A stretch of DNA of 63,232 nt, filler included, from Pirum gemmata (lineage: Eukaryota), in assembly GCA_002812295.1 (NCBI GenBank). It is 19 parts of 19 records of this genome, joined end to end, with 100 filler letters (N's around TTAATTAATTAA, not from the genome) between each part and the next. Parts side by side here need not be neighbours in the genome. Positions count along the whole stretch, not along the records: positions 33,038 to 35,873 come from PDIN01004372.1; positions 35,974 to 38,804 come from PDIN01004373.1; positions 38,905 to 42,712 come from PDIN01004374.1; positions 42,813 to 45,595 come from PDIN01004375.1; 15 more parts are not named here. The stretch is one strand, 5' to 3'. The notes under the pieces were generated by a model, which was not told the origin of the DNA, did not search any database, and was given only the letters and a program-made list of their open reading frames with translations. A program made the position numbers and the translations under genes. Shown here piece after piece: positions 33,242-45,300 of this stretch (position 1 is the first letter of the stretch; the number at the start of each line of letters is the position of its first letter).

Positions 33242-35692
33242 ATGAAAACAATTTTTACAATTTTAGGCTTAAGCTTTTTAGCCAGCACAGGTTTTGTTAG
33301 TGGAATAGAAGTAGACGAAGGATGTCAATTTAAATCCGATTTAGTTTTTGTTCTCGATACCTCTGGGTCTATTTCAGGGTTAAAGACTCCACAAGTAGAT
33401 AGCAATGGACAAACAATATATAATAGTAAAGAATTAGGTCAACACAATTTAAACAATATGACCTCTTTCATCATGAAAGCAGTGAAATTATTGGCGTTGG
33501 GTGAAGAAAACACTCATTTAGCTATCACCGAATTTAATACCGAGTATACTAATCACCTTTTGTTAAATACAAAAGAATCCTATGATATGGATGCCATTAA
33601 CAACATTGTGGACGGCATGAAGTATACCTCCAGCCCTGAAGCCCTCACTCATTTGGGTATCACTTTAGAAAATGTCAGACAAACTGTTTTACCTGGTTCT
33701 CTGCGTGCACAAACTGATGATCGTACAGGTCAAACCATCGTGATCTTAACTGACGGTATCTTTTTAGACGAAGATGATCCTTCCGATGTAAAGCAAAGAA
33801 AAGCAGTATTAGAAGCAAATAGACTTCGTAAAGAAGGAGTTAATATTTTCACTGTAGGTATTGGATCCAAAATTGAAGATAAATGGTTAGACATTTTGAG
33901 TCCAGGACAAAATATGAAAGTCAGCAATTTTGCCGGTCTAGCTGACTCTGTTTCCAAAATAATTAAACAATTTTGTGACACCGATTGTGTAGTCGCTGAT
34001 TGGACTCCATGGGGAACTTGTGTGGCTGAATGTGATGCAGCTGACATGAAAACCGGCGAAGTTTCAGGTAACCGAACCCGAAACCGCTTAGTCAAAGTTC
34101 AACCTCGAGATAGAGGTAAGCCTTGTCCTAATTTAACAGAGACGGAGATATGTGATACAAAATGTGACATTGATTGTGTTATTAGCAATATCACTGAGCC
34201 TGAATGTAACCCAGGTTGTAACGCTACTGTACAAGGCCCTATAAAATGGACTGAAACTGTTATGGCAGAAATCCTTCAACCAGCACTTAACAACGGTAAA
34301 GCGTGTCCTGATCTTTCCAAAGAATTTACTTGCACCCATAAATGCCCCATCGATTGTGTGTTGGATGATTTTGTTGACTTGAACTGTGACGCCAAATGTG
34401 AACCTCAAAACCCCATCGCCTTTGGTAACATTACCTCCGTTTCCACTATCGCGACTCCAGCGCAATACGATGGCAAAGAATGTGGTGACTTGACTAAACA
34501 AAGACCTTGCAACATTACTTGTCCAGTTAATTGTGAACAAGAAGATTGGGTCGTAGTCGAAGAATGTACCGCTGATTGTTCCACTGGTGAATTAGATGCT
34601 CATGGCGTGGTTACTGGTACTTACACCGAAGCTAGAAAGACTTTAGTTGAACCTCTTAATGGTGGTAAACAATGTGGTGACCCTAACCGAACCTTGGCTT
34701 GCGAAAAACCTTGTCCTGTACCTTGTAAAGTATCCAATTGGACTGCTACCGATTGCACTGCCCAATGTAACTTTAAAGATGCTTTTGTCAACGGTACTAT
34801 TACCTCTACTCGCACAATCACCCAGGAACCCTTAAACAATGGTACCATCTGTCCAACTTTAGAAAAAGAGGATGACTGTAGAATCCCTTGCGATTTAGAT
34901 TGTGACCAAACTGATTGGTTTCAATCCAAATCTTGCGATGCCAGTTGTGAACTTTCCAAAAACAATCTCACTGCCGACGGTAAAGCCTTAGGTTTTATCA
35001 CTTTCCATCGTAATACTACTCGAGAGCCAGTTCACAATGGGGAACCTTGCAAAAATGACGAAAGAAAAGAAGCTTGCGATACCCCTTGTAATCGTGATTG
35101 CGAACAAACCAAGTGGGACTTGGGTAAATGTACCGCCAAATGTGAGGTAGGAGGTACTGCTCCATTTGCTAACGGTACCATCACCAACACTCGCGAAACC
35201 ACAGTAGAAGCACTTTACGATGGTACCCCTTGTGGCCCCACTGAAAACGTCACCGATTGTAGTATTCCTTGTGATGTCGATTGTCAAGTCACTCAATTTG
35301 AACCAATAGGAATTTGTACCCATGAATGTGTGAACGAAACTTCTGCCATCGTCAAAGGTTTCAAAAAATTACAACGTAATATCACTCAACCTCAAATTAA
35401 CAATGGTAAACCTTGTCCAGCATTAGATGATCAAGAAGAATGCCCTTATACCTGTCCCGTATGTACCTTTAAAATTCAAAACATTTGTCTTAACGACCAA
35501 ACTGCCTGTGACGGTAAAGATAAAGGTCATCTGGTAGGAGGTGACTCTCATCAATATCATATGATTTCTTCTGAACACGAATTGACTTGCGAAATTGATA
35601 CCTCTTTGGGTACCAAAGAAAAACCATTGCTTAAAAAGGATGGTTGTGAAAAAACTTGTGGCGAGCTTTTTGCTTCTCTTTATAAAAATTAA
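33242..35692 (+). CDS. Secreted VWA domain + 8 spondin-type thrombospondin-1 repeats + Cys-rich tail
   Basis: Intronless 816-aa ORF with a signal peptide. VWA motifs DLVFVLDTSGS (MIDAS), IVILTDG and IFTVGIG. Eight 6-Cys repeats of the form DC..(W)..C...C...R...P..GG..C...C...C. No TM segment. Confidence 0.92.
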   Translation: MKTIFTILGLSFLASTGFVSGIEVDEGCQFKSDLVFVLDTSGSISGLKTPQVDSNGQTIYNSKELGQHNLNNMTSFIMKAVKLLALGEENTHLAITEFNTEYTNHLLLNTKESYDMDAINNIVDGMKYTSSPEALTHLGITLENVRQTVLPGSLRAQTDDRTGQTIVILTDGIFLDEDDPSDVKQRKAVLEANRLRKEGVNIFTVGIGSKIEDKWLDILSPGQNMKVSNFAGLADSVSKIIKQFCDTDCVVADWTPWGTCVAECDAADMKTGEVSGNRTRNRLVKVQPRDRGKPCPNLTETEICDTKCDIDCVISNITEPECNPGCNATVQGPIKWTETVMAEILQPALNNGKACPDLSKEFTCTHKCPIDCVLDDFVDLNCDAKCEPQNPIAFGNITSVSTIATPAQYDGKECGDLTKQRPCNITCPVNCEQEDWVVVEECTADCSTGELDAHGVVTGTYTEARKTLVEPLNGGKQCGDPNRTLACEKPCPVPCKVSNWTATDCTAQCNFKDAFVNGTITSTRTITQEPLNNGTICPTLEKEDDCRIPCDLDCDQTDWFQSKSCDASCELSKNNLTADGKALGFITFHRNTTREPVHNGEPCKNDERKEACDTPCNRDCEQTKWDLGKCTAKCEVGGTAPFANGTITNTRETTVEALYDGTPCGPTENVTDCSIPCDVDCQVTQFEPIGICTHECVNETSAIVKGFKKLQRNITQPQINNGKPCPALDDQEECPYTCPVCTFKIQNICLNDQTACDGKDKGHLVGGDSHQYHMISSEHELTCEIDTSLGTKEKPLLKKDGCEKTCGELFASLYKN

Positions 35693-36105
35693 TTTATATA
35701 TTAATATATAGTGAATAAATGAACTTAATTTAGATTAAATAAATAAAATTAAATAAATTTCTTTATTAAAATATAAAAATTAATTTAAACAGTGCCAAAT
35801 TAAATATTGAGAGACCAAATGTAATAAAATAGACGATAATAATTATGTTAATTAATTACATGTAAATACCAAGNNNNNNNNNNNNNNNNNNNNNNNNNNN
35901 NNNNNNNNNNNNNNNNNTTAATTAATTAANNNNNNNNNNNNNNNNNNNNNNNNNNNNNNNNNNNNNNNNNNNNTATATATGAAAATAATAAGTAATAATA
36001 AAATAAATAAAATAAAATAATAATTTTAATAAGTAAAACTTTTTAAAATTCAATCAATGTGTAATCTGTATTAAAGTTTAGGGCAGGGCTATAGGTTGTA
36101 TATGC

Positions 36106-36300
36106 TATTGTGTTTTTCAAAAGTGTTGTCCAGTTCAAAAACTGAAATAAACGTATCAAATTATTATTATGGTTGAACGATCAGACATTTTTTAATTAAT
36201 TAAATTTTGGTATTTTATACTTATTGTTGTATTTTATAAACAAGTTCAATTATACACTTAAACAATACTAAATTAAAGACAACTGTAATGAAATAGATAT
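36106..36300 (+). mobile_element. MITE family A copy
   Basis: Colinear with the A consensus. Confidence 0.8.
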
Positions 36301-36377
36301 CATTATTAATCATTTTTTTTTAAATAGGCACTTTTATTTTATTTTTTTCTTGTGACTGTTTCTGGGGGTCAAAATAT

Positions 36378-36598
36378 ATTTACAGGAAAACATAATCGAA
36401 TCAAACAGCTCGATGCTAGTTATTAAATAATGACAATTTTGAAATGATACTCTTTTTTTCGAAGTTTTTTCTATGAAGTTTCTAAGAATTTTTAAGAATT
36501 TTTCAATGAAATCAAAAGTGAGTCAATACTTAAAATTAGATCGAAAAATTTCGAAAGTTTCGAACTAGACTCGATTCGATGGTTTTTCCCATATCTCC
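36378..36598 (+). mobile_element. MITE family E copy (TIR about GGAGATGCGGGAAAAC..ATCGAATC)
   Basis: Four colinear copies of about 220 bp at 36378, 36902, 37914 and 39115, each with inverted termini. Confidence 0.75.
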
Positions 36599-36650
36599 CG
36601 GCACAGTAACGGCATCCAACCTCTGAAATCAACCTTTTTTTTTCTGTTTG

Positions 36651-36840
36651 TATAGTGCTTTTCAGTTGTTTTGTCATCATAAAATATACAATAAATAGAA
36701 CAAAATTAATACAATATAAATCCATTTAATTTAATTTGGTATATTTCATTATCTATGTATTGATCTAATAATGTCAATTCAAAGGTTAAAACCCGCCAAA
36801 ATAAATATTCAAAGTGACAAAACAAATGAAAAGCACGATA
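36651..36840 (+). mobile_element. MITE family B, full copy
   Basis: tatagtgcttttcagttg ... aaatgaaaagcacgata. Confidence 0.82.
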
Positions 36841-36901
36841 GACTTTCCACACAAAAGGGTTGCAGAAAAAGATTCGTCCGCAAAACCCACACCTCAAGTA
36901 T

Positions 36902-37132
36902 TAGGAGGTACGGGAAAACATAATCGAATCAAACAGCTCGATCCTAATTATTAAATAGTGACAATTTTGAAATAATATTCTTTTTTTTTTCGAGTTTCAA
37001 GTTTTTTCTATGAAATTTCTAAGAATTTTTAAGAATTTTTTAATAAAACCAAAATGAGTCAATACTTAAAATTAGATCGAAAAATTTCGAAGGTTTCGAA
37101 CTAGTCTGGATTCCATGGGGTTTCCCGCATCT
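36902..37132 (+). mobile_element. MITE family E copy
   Basis: taggaggtacgggaaaacataatcgaatc ... gtttcccgcatctc. Confidence 0.75.
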
Positions 37133-37225
37133 CAACCATCGTTTTCGAAAAACTCAAGTAAGAGGTTACTACAGATGACGTCACTGTAATATAGTGCTTT
37201 TCTATCGTAAGTGCGAGCTAATGAT

Positions 37226-37263
<38 letters not shown>

Positions 37264-38170
37264 TGAAGTCATGGTATTAATACTCTTACTTTCTATATGG
37301 GCTATTTTATAATGAAGTGGAAAAGAAAATTCAACCATCATTTTCGAAAAACTCAAGTAAAAGGTTACTACGGATGACGTCACTGCAATATAGTACTTTC
37401 TATCATAACTGTGAGGTAATAATAAGAGAGATGACGTCATGGTATTAATACTCTTACTTTCTATATATGCTATTTTATAATAAAATGGAAAAGAAAATTT
37501 AACCAATCGTTTTCAAAAAACTAAGTATTGGTTGAATTTTCTTTTCCATTTTATTATAAAATAGCATATATAGAAAGTAAGGGTATTAATACCATGACGT
37601 CATCTCTCTTACTATTACCTCACACTTATGATAGAAAGTACTATATTGCAGTGACGTCATCCGTAGTAACCTTTTACTTGAGTTTAAGAGGCTACTACGT
37701 GAGGTAATAATAAGAGAGAGAGAGAGAGATGAAATCATCCTATTAATACTCTTACTTTCTATATATGCTATTTTATAATAAAGTGGAAAAGAAAATTCAA
37801 CCCTAGTTTTCAAAAAACTCAAGTAAGAGGCTACTACGGATGACGTCACTATAATATAGTACTTTTCTGTCATAAGTGTGAGGTAATAAGAGAGAGAGAG
37901 AGAGATGACGTCATGGGAAAGATACAGGAAAACATAATCGAATCAGACAGCTCGATCCTAATTATTAAATAGTGACAATTTTGAAATAATTTCCTTTTTT
38001 TTCGAGTTTCTGAAAATTTTTTTAATGAAATCAAAAGTGAATCAATACTTAAATTAGATCGAAAAATTTCCAAAGTTTCGAACTAGTCTCGATTCGATGG
38101 TTTTCTCCGCATCTCCATGGGTAATACTCTTACTTTCTATATAATAAAATTTTGAAAAAAATTTCAGCCG
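37132..38170. repeat. Tandem array of 170-200-bp units (family F, containing (GA)n and TGACGTCA) with one inverted unit and a nested family E copy at 37914-38117
   Basis: The unit tcaaccatcgttttcgaaaaactcaagtaa...gtggaaaagaaaat is repeated. Bases 37528-37685 are the reverse complement of 37348-37506. Confidence 0.8.
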
Positions 38171-38254
38171 TCGTTATTGTTTAATAATACTATTCCAGTT
38201 TTGTTTTCGTTTTGGAGTTTTTGTTTAAAAATTTCTAATTGCTCATTCAATCTT

Positions 38255-38486
38255 CTTATCTAATAATAAATAATATAATTACAAAATAGGTAGTATATAA
38301 ATATTAATATTTGTATTGTATAATGTTGTTATTATTATTAGTAGTATTATTAGAATTAGTATTAGTATCAGTATTTTAGTATTAGTATTTTAGTATTAGT
38401 ATTTTAGTATTAGTATTTTAGTATTAGTATTAGTATTAGCATTAGTATAGTAGTAGTAGTAGTGGCGGTAATAGTAAGTAGTAGTG

Positions 38487-38539
<53 letters not shown>

Positions 38540-38804
38540 TAGTAGTAGTATTTTTTTATCTAATAATATAATTACAAAATAGGTAGTATATTAATATTAA
38601 TATTTGTATTGTATTATGTTGTTATTATTATTAGTAGTAGTATTAGAATTAGTATTAGTATTAGTATTTTAGCATTAGTATTTTAGTATTAGTATTTTAG
38701 TATTAGTATTTTAGTATCAGTCTTAGTCTTAGTATTAGTATTAGTATTAGTATTTTCTTATCTAATAATAATATAATTACAAAATAGGTAGTATATTAAT
38801 ATTA
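38255..38804. repeat. Three tandem copies of an AT-rich block with TAG/TTAGTA microsatellite tails
   Basis: ttatctaataat...aattacaaaataggtagtatat recurs near 38256, 38556 and 38758. Confidence 0.8.
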
Positions 38805-39114
38805 NNNNNNNNNNNNNNNNNNNNNNNNNNNNNNNNNNNNNNNNNNNNTTAATTAATTAANNNNNNNNNNNNNNNNNNNNNNNNNNNNNNNNNNNNNNNN
38901 NNNNAATTTAATTAATAATTGGTAATAATATAATGTGTTAAGTTTTATTTCTATTGTTACCCCCACAAGTTTTTCCGTATACAGTAATATTTTAAGTTAT
39001 AAATAAATGAGTAATGTGTTAGTATAGGTGGAAAAACTTTAATATAAGAACAAGTAACAAGAAGAATATAAATTTTGAGATTTTAATAAGGTCTGGTTAT
39101 TGGGAGAGGGACAA

Positions 39115-39344
39115 CTAGGAGATGCGGCAAAACAGAATCTAATCAAACAACTCGATCCTAATTATTAAATAGTGACAATTTTGAAATGATTTTCTTTTTT
39201 TTTTTTTTGAGTAACTTTTTTCTATGAATTTTTAAGAATTTTTTAATGGAATCAAAAGTGAGTCAATACTTAATTAAACTAGAACGAAAATTTCAAAAAT
39301 TTCGAACTAGTCTCGATTTGATAATTTTTCCCGCATCTCCCTAG
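39115..39344 (+). mobile_element. MITE family E copy
   Basis: ctaggagatgcgg ... ccgcatctccctag. Confidence 0.75.
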
Positions 39345-39415
39345 CGTCATAGGGAGAGGATAAATGGCGGCATTGGAGATACTGATGACGTCATAGGGAA
39401 AGGACAAGGTATATA

Positions 39416-39614
39416 TATCGTCTATTTCATTTCAGTTGTCCTCTCAATCTTTAATTCGGTACTGTTTCAGAGTATAACTGAACTTGTTTATAAAATACAA
39501 CATTAAGTATAAAAAACCAAATTAATAAAACACGACCGATATTTTAACCATAATAATAATTTTGGTACGTTTATTTCAGTTTTTGAGCTGGACAACACTA
39601 TTGAAAACACGATA
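39416..39614 (-). mobile_element. MITE family A, full copy with TA on both flanks
   Basis: tatcgtctatttca ... ttgaaaacacgata. Confidence 0.82.
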
Positions 39615-39916
39615 TATATCATAATTTCAAATAATTAAGTACAATTATATATGAATTTATTACATTTGAAATATTTATAATATAACAAATTAAGACATAT
39701 ATATTTAAAGTTGTCATCATGAACCGTAAAATTTTTTGTAAAACAATAACAAATAGTAATATATATTAGTCCAAAATGAAAGTCTAAAATAACAAATTGC
39801 TAATAATAATAATGTGAAAAAGAAAAAAATAACTCACTAATAAAATTGTTGTTTTATATCAACAATAAAAAAAGTAAATCTTNNNNNNNNNNNNNNNNNN
39901 NNNNNNNNNNNNNNNN

Positions 39917-40860
39917 TAATACTAATACTAATACTAATACTAATACTAATACTAATTCTAATACTAATTCTAACACTAACACTAATTCTAATTCTAATTC
40001 TAATTCTAATTCTAATTCTAATACTAATACTAATACTAATACTAATTCCAATACTTACACATAACACTTCTATCTACTAATACTAATAATAATACTAATG
40101 CTATTACTATTATTGATACCTATATTAATATTAATATTTTACTAATATTAATATTAATACTAAAACTAATACCTAGACCAATACTAATACTTATTCTAAT
40201 ATTGATACTAATACTAATACTAATACTAATACTAATACTAATACTAATACTAATACTAATACTAATAATAGTGGTAATAATAATAATATTAATACTAATA
40301 CTAATACTAATACGAATACTAATACGAATACTAATAATATTACGAATACTAAAATTAATACCAATACTAATACTAATACTAATACTAGTACTAATACTAA
40401 TACTAATACTAATACTAATACTAATACTAATACTAATACTAATACTAATACTAATACTAATACTAAACTAATACTAATACTAATACTAATACTAATACTA
40501 ATACTAATACTAATACTAATACTAATACTAATACTAATACTAAAATTAAAACTTATAACTAAAACCAATACTAATACTAATACTAATACAATACCAATAT
40601 CAATACCAATACCAATAATAATACTAATGTTAATACATACACTGATACTAATATCAAATACTAATAGTAACACTATTACTATTGCTAATGCGAATACTAA
40701 TACTAATGCTCATACTCATACTCATACTAATACCAATATTATTACTAATACTAATACTAATACTAATATTAATATTAATACCAGCACCAATACTAATACC
40801 AACAATAATACTTCAAACAATACTAATACTAATAATATTACCAACAACAACAACCATAAT
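39917..40860. repeat. (CTAATA)n hexamer tract
   Basis: Directly visible. It is the source of several spurious ORFs. Confidence 0.92.
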
Positions 40861-41094
40861 AAAAGGTATATCTCGAGTTTTTGAAAATGTATGATGTTGG
40901 GTTTAGTGGGAATCGAATTCCTGTATGCTTAGAATCTCTGTGTAATCAGCGTTTTAATTTATTGTTTCAAAATGCTGTACAATGTTTTCAAAAACGACAA
41001 TGGAATATCCGTGCTTTTTATGCGGCTTGTAGGCGAGAAAAAGTTGGTAAGGCCTTTAGAAGTTAGATTGGAGGACACTGGAATAGGATCTAAA

Positions 41095-42220
41095 CAATGT
41101 GACAAAATAGGACTTTTTGGAAATTGTCCTAAAAAATGGAACAAAATGGGACTTTTTCGAAATTTGTTTGTATCATAGTTAACTATTAAATATAGCCTAG
41201 TACCAAATATAAGGACAAAATAGGACTTTTTCGGATTTGTCCTGAAAAAACGAGACAAAAATTGGAACAAAATAGGACTTTTTCGAAATTTGTTGGTAAA
41301 TATAGAACCAAGTAAACATAAGGACAAAATACGACTTTTTCTGGTTTGTCCTGAAAAAAACGCGACAAAATATGGAACAAAATAGGACCTTTTGGAAATT
41401 GTCCTAAAAATTGGAACAAAATAGGACTTTTTCGAAATTTGTTGGTATTATAGTTAGCTATTAAATGTAGAACCAAACATAGGACAAAATAGGGACCTTT
41501 TCTGGTTTGTCCTGAAAAAAACGCGACAAAATATGGAACAAAATAGGACTTTTTGGAAATTGTCCTAAAAATTGGAATAAAATAGGACTTTTTCGAAATT
41601 TGTTGGTATTATAGTTAGCTATTAAATATAGAACCAAACATAGGACAAAATAGGGACCTTTTCAGATTTTTCCTGAAAAAAACGCGACATATGGAACAAA
41701 ATAGGACTTTTTGGAAATTGTCCTAAAAATTGAACAAAATAGGACTTTTTCGGAATTTGTTTGTATCATAGTTAGCTATAAATTAATATAGTATGATAAC
41801 TGTATGATACCAAATATAATAAGAGGACAAAATAGGACTGAAAAAATGGGACAAAAAATGGAACAAAATAGGACTTTTTGGAAATTGTCCTAAAAAATGG
41901 AACAAAATAGGACTTTTTCGAAATTTGATATAGTACCAAATATAAGAGGACAAAATAGGACACCTTTTCAGATTTGCCCTGAAAAAACTCGACAAAGAAT
42001 GGAATAAAACAAGGACTTCAATCAAAAAAATTTTGAAGTCCTTGAATAAAATAAAACTTTTTGGAAATTTGTTCTAAAAAAAAAATGGAACAATATATAG
42101 AACTTTTTCGAAATTTATTGGTATCATAGTTTGCTGTTAAATATAGAACCCAAATTTAAGGACAAAATAGGACTTTTTCAGATTTGTCCTACAAAAATAT
42201 GGGACAAAAAATAGGACTTA
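41095..42220. repeat. Complex satellite: ACAAAATAGGACTTTTT cores every 30-50 bp, organised into about 160-bp higher-order units
   Basis: More than 20 core copies. The marker gtat(c/t)atagtt recurs near 41170, 41445, 41606, 41764 and 42121. Confidence 0.88.
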
Positions 42221-42812
42221 GTAAACTACAATGATAATATTCATAAATGTTAGTTATATAGTTATCGGTATAATAAGTACATAAGGTAATTTGAATCCTT
42301 AACATAGAAATTAATTATTGAATTTATGGGCGATGACCCGGGTTCCTAAACTTTCTTTAATTAAACGCTCATATTTCCATTGCTGTTGTTGTTTTGAAGA
42401 TGGTGATTATTATAAATATAAATATATAATTGTCTTAATATCATCTTCATAATAACAATCGCAATGGAGTTATATACTTAGTCCTTATAATATCATTAGT
42501 ATATAAGGTGATTTGAATCCTTAACATAGAAATCAATTATTGAATTTAAAAATATTTTTATATTTAATATATGAATTATCATATAAAAAGAATAAATTCA
42601 GAATACTGTAGGCGTTTTACGTGGGAAACCCTGCACAATTTGGTACGATACTTAGACAAACTGCATTATAAACCAAATTTAAATATAAAATTTAAATATA
42701 ATAATAATAATANNNNNNNNNNNNNNNNNNNNNNNNNNNNNNNNNNNNNNNNNNNNTTAATTAATTAANNNNNNNNNNNNNNNNNNNNNNNNNNNNNNNN
42801 NNNNNNNNNNNN

Positions 42813-42848
<36 letters not shown>

Positions 42849-42884
42849 TTGATAAAAACATTAATTCATATAATAATAATTATT

Positions 42885-43760
42885 ATGATTAAAAACGTAT
42901 TATACACCACTAGTACTTTATTACTGAAATCAAAAACTTTACGTCTACAAACAATAACAACATGTATATTTATAGTAAACCTAATTTATTTTCCTACTGC
43001 TGAAGCGATCAGTTTTGAATTTGCTTATAATTACACCTGGGAATCCAACCCACAAAAAATTTCGCGATTATTCGAAGAACATTACCAAAGTCAATGTTTT
43101 TGGTCATTTTCTGGTTTTGATGTTTTCCAAATGTATGAAAAAAATTATACTTTTTGTATGGAAAGTTGTCAGGTCAATCCCTTCCACGGTTATGATTGCA
43201 TTGGGGGAGATAATCATGTTTTGCGTCGGTACGGTGAAATAATGATAAAGCAATGTTTTAAAACTGAACATACAGGATTAAAAAATAAAACTAAACACCA
43301 CAAAGCTATTAAGTTTGGTGCCGATGATAATGATGATGATGATGATGATGATGATGATGGTAATGATAATGATGATAATGATGATGATAATACTTATTGG
43401 TTTATATATTTAGTATCTTTATTCTCTTGTTCCTTTCTTATTTTGAATATTGTTATTGGAAAAGCTTATAGATGCTGTCGACAACAACAACAACAACAAC
43501 AACAACGTAATGAGGAAATCTGTGTTAATAATCCAAACTTGAATAACCATCGATATCCTAATATTATTGAAAGCACGAGTTACAATAATAACAATAACTT
43601 TAGCGTTGACGTTATTGATAGTAATGCTGAAACTACAAGTTTGTTAAATAGCAATAGTACTAGTGGTTATATAAACAGGGTTTGTGATGTATATCCTAAT
43701 CAGTGTAATAACAATGCTTATTTTTCAGAAGATTTACCAACTTATAATGAAGCGTGGTAA
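42885..43760 (+). CDS. Single-pass membrane protein with a small Cys-containing ectodomain, poly-Asp linker and C-terminal LPxY motif
   Basis: Signal-like TCIFIVNLIYFPTAEA. TM segment YWFIYLVSLFSCSFLILNIVIG, then KAYRCCR. The tail ends DLPTYNEAW. Confidence 0.75.
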   Translation: MIKNVLYTTSTLLLKSKTLRLQTITTCIFIVNLIYFPTAEAISFEFAYNYTWESNPQKISRLFEEHYQSQCFWSFSGFDVFQMYEKNYTFCMESCQVNPFHGYDCIGGDNHVLRRYGEIMIKQCFKTEHTGLKNKTKHHKAIKFGADDNDDDDDDDDDGNDNDDNDDDNTYWFIYLVSLFSCSFLILNIVIGKAYRCCRQQQQQQQQRNEEICVNNPNLNNHRYPNIIESTSYNNNNNFSVDVIDSNAETTSLLNSNSTSGYINRVCDVYPNQCNNNAYFSEDLPTYNEAW

Positions 43761-43884
43761 TATTGTCATAAAATTCAAATGCAACTCAAAATAATTTACA
43801 TATAATATTTAATTAAATTTAGTTCAAAGAATCAAAGTACTAGTACTAGTGAATATATTAATAATATTAATTTCAAACCAAAAA

Positions 43885-44143
43885 TAGCGTCCTGTTTTTC
43901 AATAGTGTTGCCCAGTTCAAAAACTGATATAAACGTACTTATGGTTAAACTATCAGACATGTTTTAATTAATTTGATACTTTATAATTAATGTTGAATTT
44001 TATAAAAAGGTTCAATTTAATATTGAGAGTGAAACGATCAGACATGTTTTAATTAATTTGGTACTTTATAATTAATGTTGAATTTTATAAAAAAGTTAAT
44101 TAGACTAGTCTAAATTTTAAAATAATGAGAGAAACAGACGATA
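43885..44143 (+). mobile_element. MITE family A copy with an internal duplication
   Basis: atcagacatgttttaattaatttg..tactttataattaatgttgaattttataaaaa is present twice. Confidence 0.72.
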
Positions 44144-44294
44144 TCAAATTCAATAGCTCTTTCTCTCTTAATTAAGTAGTAAAATTTTACAAATATGGTG
44201 CGTTAACTCCGCTATTAAGTAATAACTTTTAAAAAATTACTTTATTAATACCCTCATCACTTATTTGGTCATTTTCCTCAATAGACAGTCTTCA

Positions 44295-44497
44295 ATTTTA
44301 ACTCTACTATATACTTTTCTAAAACCTTTAATTAAAACTCTAACTAGCACCAAATTATTTTTAAAAACTAGCCACTGGTTCATAATAGAGTTTTCTTAGT
44401 TTAACAGTTTCTCACAATTTGGTAGTACTTTACAAAACATTGGATCATTTTGAGATTTGGATTTTTGAACTCATATGGCGGTTATCCAGCTTGGTAG
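44295..44497 (-). mobile_element. MITE family D copy
   Basis: Reverse complement of the D core (ttcataatagagttttcttagtt...tttggtagtacttt). Confidence 0.7.
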
Positions 44498-45078
44498 TTA
44501 AAAAAAATATATATACATATCATAAAATATCGTCATTTTTATAAATTTTTGGATGTTTGAAAATATTTTTTATTTCTAGGATTTTATTGTTTGGAATTGT
44601 TGGACCATTTTCTGAACTATTTTCTGACATTTTCTGTGCTTTCTAAACGTTCATTATTTATAAATGACGTCACTAATGTAGGAGAAGGAAAATTGGTTAT
44701 TTTTACAGAAAATAATATCAGCAACCCTTTCAACAGTTTTATTATTGTTATTCGAATATTAATTAACTATCATTTTCAGTTATTATGATCATGATCATTA
44801 TCATTATTCCTATATTATAATTAGCATTCCAATGTTAGCATTATACATGCGTGGTTGTTATATTGTCATTAATATTTAAATTTGCTTTTTAAATTGTTAC
44901 CGCTATATTATATTACCACTGTTATATATATTTACTGCTAATCAGCATGTTCCAGAACTTATAATCATATATTGTTGTTGTTATTGTTATTGTTGTTATT
45001 GTTGTTATTATTGTTATTGTTGTTATTGTTGTTATTTTTGTTATTGTTGTTATTGTTATATATATATTAAATAATTAA

Positions 45079-45268
45079 TTATTGTGCTTTTCATTTATTC
45101 TGTCACTCCGAATATTTATTTGGAGGGTTATAATATTTAAATTGACATTTTTAAATCAATACATAGATAATAAAATATACCTAATTAAATTAAATGGATT
45201 TATATTGTATTAATTTGGTACTATTTATTTTATATTTTTAAATGACAAAACAACTGAAAAGCACAGTA
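45079..45268 (-). mobile_element. MITE family B, full copy
   Basis: tattgtgcttttcatt ... aactgaaaagcacagta. Confidence 0.82.
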
Positions 45269-45300
45269 ATGGTTTTAACGTTAGTATCATAGCAGGGCTA

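Noticed and set aside
41095..42220. CRISPR-like array, or the ORFs overlapping it
   Set aside because: The linkers between cores are themselves repeated, and the ORFs are translations of the satellite.
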